DNA of 64,000 bases. Source: Candidatus Zhuqueibacterota bacterium. GTDB lineage: Bacteria > Zhuqueibacterota > Zhuqueibacteria > Thermofontimicrobiales > Thermofontimicrobiaceae. The stretch spans positions 541,527-605,526 of the forward strand of contig JBMOPW010000014.1 of the NCBI GenBank assembly GCA_049322915.1, in the 5' to 3' direction. The notes under the pieces were generated by a model, which searched no databases, was not told where the DNA came from, and saw only the letters and a program-made list of their open reading frames with translations. Shown here piece after piece: positions 61,121-64,000 of this stretch (its first letter is position 1; the number at the start of each line of letters is the position of its first letter). A program made the position numbers and the translations under genes.

Positions 61121-62767
61121 TTAGCGTCGTGGCTGAAGGTAGATATTTTTCCGAAGCGTCTCACCGACCGCAACGAATACCTGTTCGCGCGCCACGTCCA
61201 ACTGGGGATGGCGAACCATGAGCTCGTGCAGGCCAGGCGTCAGTTTGACGGGACGGTTGTTCGGAATAGGGCTGATGTCGACCGAGTCCCCATCGATCCA
61301 GATTTCACCCCAGGGCACGACAGAAATTTGAAGATAACCCACCTCGCGCCATAAGTCGATGTGAATTATTTGCACAGACTGCGCATAATTTGATAGATGT
61401 TTACGGATGACCGGGAATACCGGATTCCGAAATTCCAGGTGGCGCGACGTGTCCTTCGGCGCCATGCGTATTTTCACCGGCGTGATGCCCAGTGAATCTT
61501 CTCCCCAGAAGACAAACGCCCGGGGATCGCTGGTAATGACCATCTCCTGCGTTTTCATTGCGGACGGGAGGTCGGTTCGCGAAGGGATGGAATTATCATG
61601 AATCGTCTCACCCCCGGACGCAGCGTCGGAACGATCTGCCGGAGTTGTTCGATCGAATCGCTGCAATGAATCCTCAGCCGCGCCTGCGTGCAGCGAGTCC
61701 AATCCTTCGGTTTCGGATCCCGCGGCATTATCCTGATGCATCGAATCCGCTGCATTGAAAATAAATTGTCGCCGAAGGCCGGGCACGCTGACGAGAGTCA
61801 CGATCAACGCCAGGATGAGACCGGCAACCAGCAGCGCCGTTGCTCTCCGCTTTTTCCTGCCCACCGGTTGAACCGGGATTTCGGCCGCAACAGGCATCAG
61901 GGTTGATGGTTGATGCTGATCCGGGTTGGCAACATAGTTCCCTAAAATTTGCTTGCCTACCGGTCGTGCTAATTGCGAGGATAGCTGATCCAACCGGGAG
62001 TTCAATTCCCTGGCGCTCTCCACGCGATCCGCCGGATTCTTGCTGATGAGCATTTCGATGAGCGCGGAAAACGGGCCTGGCAAATCACGGTTGACTGCGC
62101 CCGGGGGCATGGGTTTCAAATTGACAATCCGATTCAGGACGGTGTGCATGGTTTCTGCGGCGAAGGGGTTTTCGCCTGTGAGCATTTCATAGCCCACAAT
62201 GCCCAGCGAATAGAGGTCGCTGCGAAAATCCACAGCGGATCCGAGTACGAGTTCCGGGGGCAGATACGCCGGCGTTCCCTGAATTTCGGTTCCCGTGTTT
62301 TTGAGCGAGGTCGAAAAGCCCAGGTCGCCGAGCTTCACATCGCCCTGACTGGAGATGAAAATGTTCTCCGGTTTGATGTCCTGATGGATTATCTGATGAT
62401 CGTGAATGGCGGCCAGCGCTTCGGACAATTGGCGCAGAATGAAAAGCGCGACATCCCAGGGAATGGTTGCATTGCGGCCGATAATTTCAGCCAGTGTGTC
62501 GCCTTCGATGAACTCGGTCACCAGAAAGGGGATGCCATCCTCTTCGCCGAAATCAAAGATGGTGATCACATTCGGCGATTTCATTTTGGCCAGGACAAGG
62601 CCTTCCTGTTTGAATCGGCCAAGCAATTCCGCATCCCCGACGATTTCAGGGTTCAGTTGTTTGAGCAACACCACGCGCTGCAATTCGGTCTGAACCGCCT
62701 TGTACACGTGGGTGATTGGCCCGCGCTGGATCTCTGAGAAAATCTGGTACTTACCGATCTTCTTCAT
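61121..62767 (-). CDS. Hanks-type Ser/Thr kinase, TM, PEGA-like C-terminus
   Basis: IIHQDIKPENI, KLGDLG, GTPAYLPPE, RSDLYSLG; TM helix; PEGA-like GDSVDISP. Confidence 0.85.
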   Translation of the reverse strand: MKKIGKYQIFSEIQRGPITHVYKAVQTELQRVVLLKQLNPEIVGDAELLGRFKQEGLVLAKMKSPNVITIFDFGEEDGIPFLVTEFIEGDTLAEIIGRNATIPWDVALFILRQLSEALAAIHDHQIIHQDIKPENIFISSQGDVKLGDLGFSTSLKNTGTEIQGTPAYLPPELVLGSAVDFRSDLYSLGIVGYEMLTGENPFAAETMHTVLNRIVNLKPMPPGAVNRDLPGPFSALIEMLISKNPADRVESARELNSRLDQLSSQLARPVGKQILGNYVANPDQHQPSTLMPVAAEIPVQPVGRKKRRATALLVAGLILALIVTLVSVPGLRRQFIFNAADSMHQDNAAGSETEGLDSLHAGAAEDSLQRFDRTTPADRSDAASGGETIHDNSIPSRTDLPSAMKTQEMVITSDPRAFVFWGEDSLGITPVKIRMAPKDTSRHLEFRNPVFPVIRKHLSNYAQSVQIIHIDLWREVGYLQISVVPWGEIWIDGDSVDISPIPNNRPVKLTPGLHELMVRHPQLDVAREQVFVAVGETLRKNIYLQPRR

Positions 62768-64000
62768 CCTTCCACTCCTTCAATCGATAATGGAGCCAGC
62801 GCCGGGAGACGCCCAACTGGTCGGCTGTCCGGGAGATATTATCGTCGTTTTCATCCAGTGTTTTCTGCACGATATATTTTTCAAAATCCTTCAACGACAT
62901 GTGTTCGGGCAATTGGATTTCTGCCTGGGGCAGATGCAATTGCTCCGGCTGAATGAGCGCGTCCTTGGTCAAAATGACCGCGCGTTCGATGGTGTTTTCC
63001 AACTCCCGAATATTGCCGGGCCAGGCATACTGATTCAGACGCTTCAGCGCCTCCGGGCTGAATCCTCTGATCGATTTGCCGGATTTGGCAGTGAATTTAT
63101 CCAGAAAGAAATTGGCCAGTAGTGGGATATCCTCTTTTCGCTCGCGAAGCGTCGGCAGGTGAATGACGATGACATTGAGCCGATAGTACAAATCCTCGCG
63201 GAACTGCCCGGCTTTCACCAGCCCGGCCAGGTCTTTATTGGTCGCGGCAATGATTCGTACATTCACATGGCGCACCTGAATTTCGCCGATGCGCTTCACT
63301 TCACCTTCCTGAACCACGCGCAATAGCTCGGTCTGAATTTTGTGGGACAGATCGCCGATTTCGTCCAGGAAAAACGAGCCGCCATCGGCCGCTTCGAACA
63401 GGCCTTTTTTATCGGCAGTGGCGCCGGTGAAGGCGCCTTTTTTATGGCCGAACAGCTCGCTCTCCAGCAGGTTTTCAGAGAGCGCGCCGCAAAACAACGC
63501 CATGAACGGCTTGTTCTTCCGAACGCTGTTGTAATGCAATGCCCGGGCGACCAGTTCCTTGCCTGTCCCGCTTTCGCCCAGTATCAGCACTGTGCTGTCC
63601 GAGTCGAGCACGCTGGTCATGATGTCGAAAACTTTTTTCATCGCCTGACTGCGCCCGATAATGCCCTCGAATCCATGCGCCTGCTGCACTTCTTTTCTCA
63701 AATGGCGATTCTCTTCGCGCATGCTTTCGTACAGTTCGGCATTTTCAATGGCGATCGCCGCCTGATGGGAAAACGCATTGAGGAACGGGATGACTTCCGC
63801 GGTGAAACCCTGGCGCGAGTTCTGGCTGTCCAGATAGATAGCGCCGATGGGACGGGATTTCATTGTCAGCGGCACCGCCGCGATCGACTGAATCCGTTGA
63901 ATGCGGATGCTCTCAGCGCCTTTGAATCGTTCATCCGCCAGCGCGTCGTAGCTGAGTACCGGCTCGCCGGTTTTCATCACCTGCTCCAGCACGCTGTTGG
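62751..64000 (-). CDS. GAF + sigma-54-dependent Fis-family activator (5' end outside window)
   Basis: [51 protein letters not shown]. Confidence 0.92.
   Translation of the reverse strand, partial: NSVLEQVMKTGEPVLSYDALADERFKGAESIRIQRIQSIAAVPLTMKSRPIGAIYLDSQNSRQGFTAEVIPFLNAFSHQAAIAIENAELYESMREENRHLRKEVQQAHGFEGIIGRSQAMKKVFDIMTSVLDSDSTVLILGESGTGKELVARALHYNSVRKNKPFMALFCGALSENLLESELFGHKKGAFTGATADKKGLFEAADGGSFFLDEIGDLSHKIQTELLRVVQEGEVKRIGEIQVRHVNVRIIAATNKDLAGLVKAGQFREDLYYRLNVIVIHLPTLRERKEDIPLLANFFLDKFTAKSGKSIRGFSPEALKRLNQYAWPGNIRELENTIERAVILTKDALIQPEQLHLPQAEIQLPEHMSLKDFEKYIVQKTLDENDDNISRTADQLGVSRRWLHYRLKEWKDEEDR

Overview
Bacterial chromosomal window, most likely from an FCB-group lineage such as KSB1/Calditrichota/Ignavibacteria-like (inferred from the TonB receptor + T9SS-type cargo + PorV cluster, a GWxTD protein and T9SS-like C-terminal domains). 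The backbone carries glcDEF-like genes, a TonB/PorV locus, a NifS-SelD fusion, an amidase, an inosose-aminotransferase/deacetylase/heparinase-like trio, an ECF sigma module, BlaI/BlaR1-M23, SppA, NamZ, a complete F-type ATP synthase operon, and a kinase/sigma-54 activator cluster. The main discovery is an AT-richer island at about 32.0-38.9 kb holding a diversity-generating retroelement (DGR) cassette. A 133-bp template repeat (35600-35732) lies between two NACHT-NTPase + FGE/C-type-lectin genes whose 3' variable repeats (35156-35288, 37886-38018) each differ from the TR at 15 positions, all TR adenines. No reverse transcriptase or Avd gene is visible in the window. Both targets are followed by the same 113-bp element. 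It contains (i) 25 nt complementary to the sequence immediately 3' of the TR (three G-U pairs) and (ii) a 75-nt strand-specific hairpin built from tandem G-A pairs with a GGA triloop. Target 2 is split by an in-frame TAG. All alignments and counts were done by eye from the sequence; no database searches were run, and family calls rest on recognised motifs.
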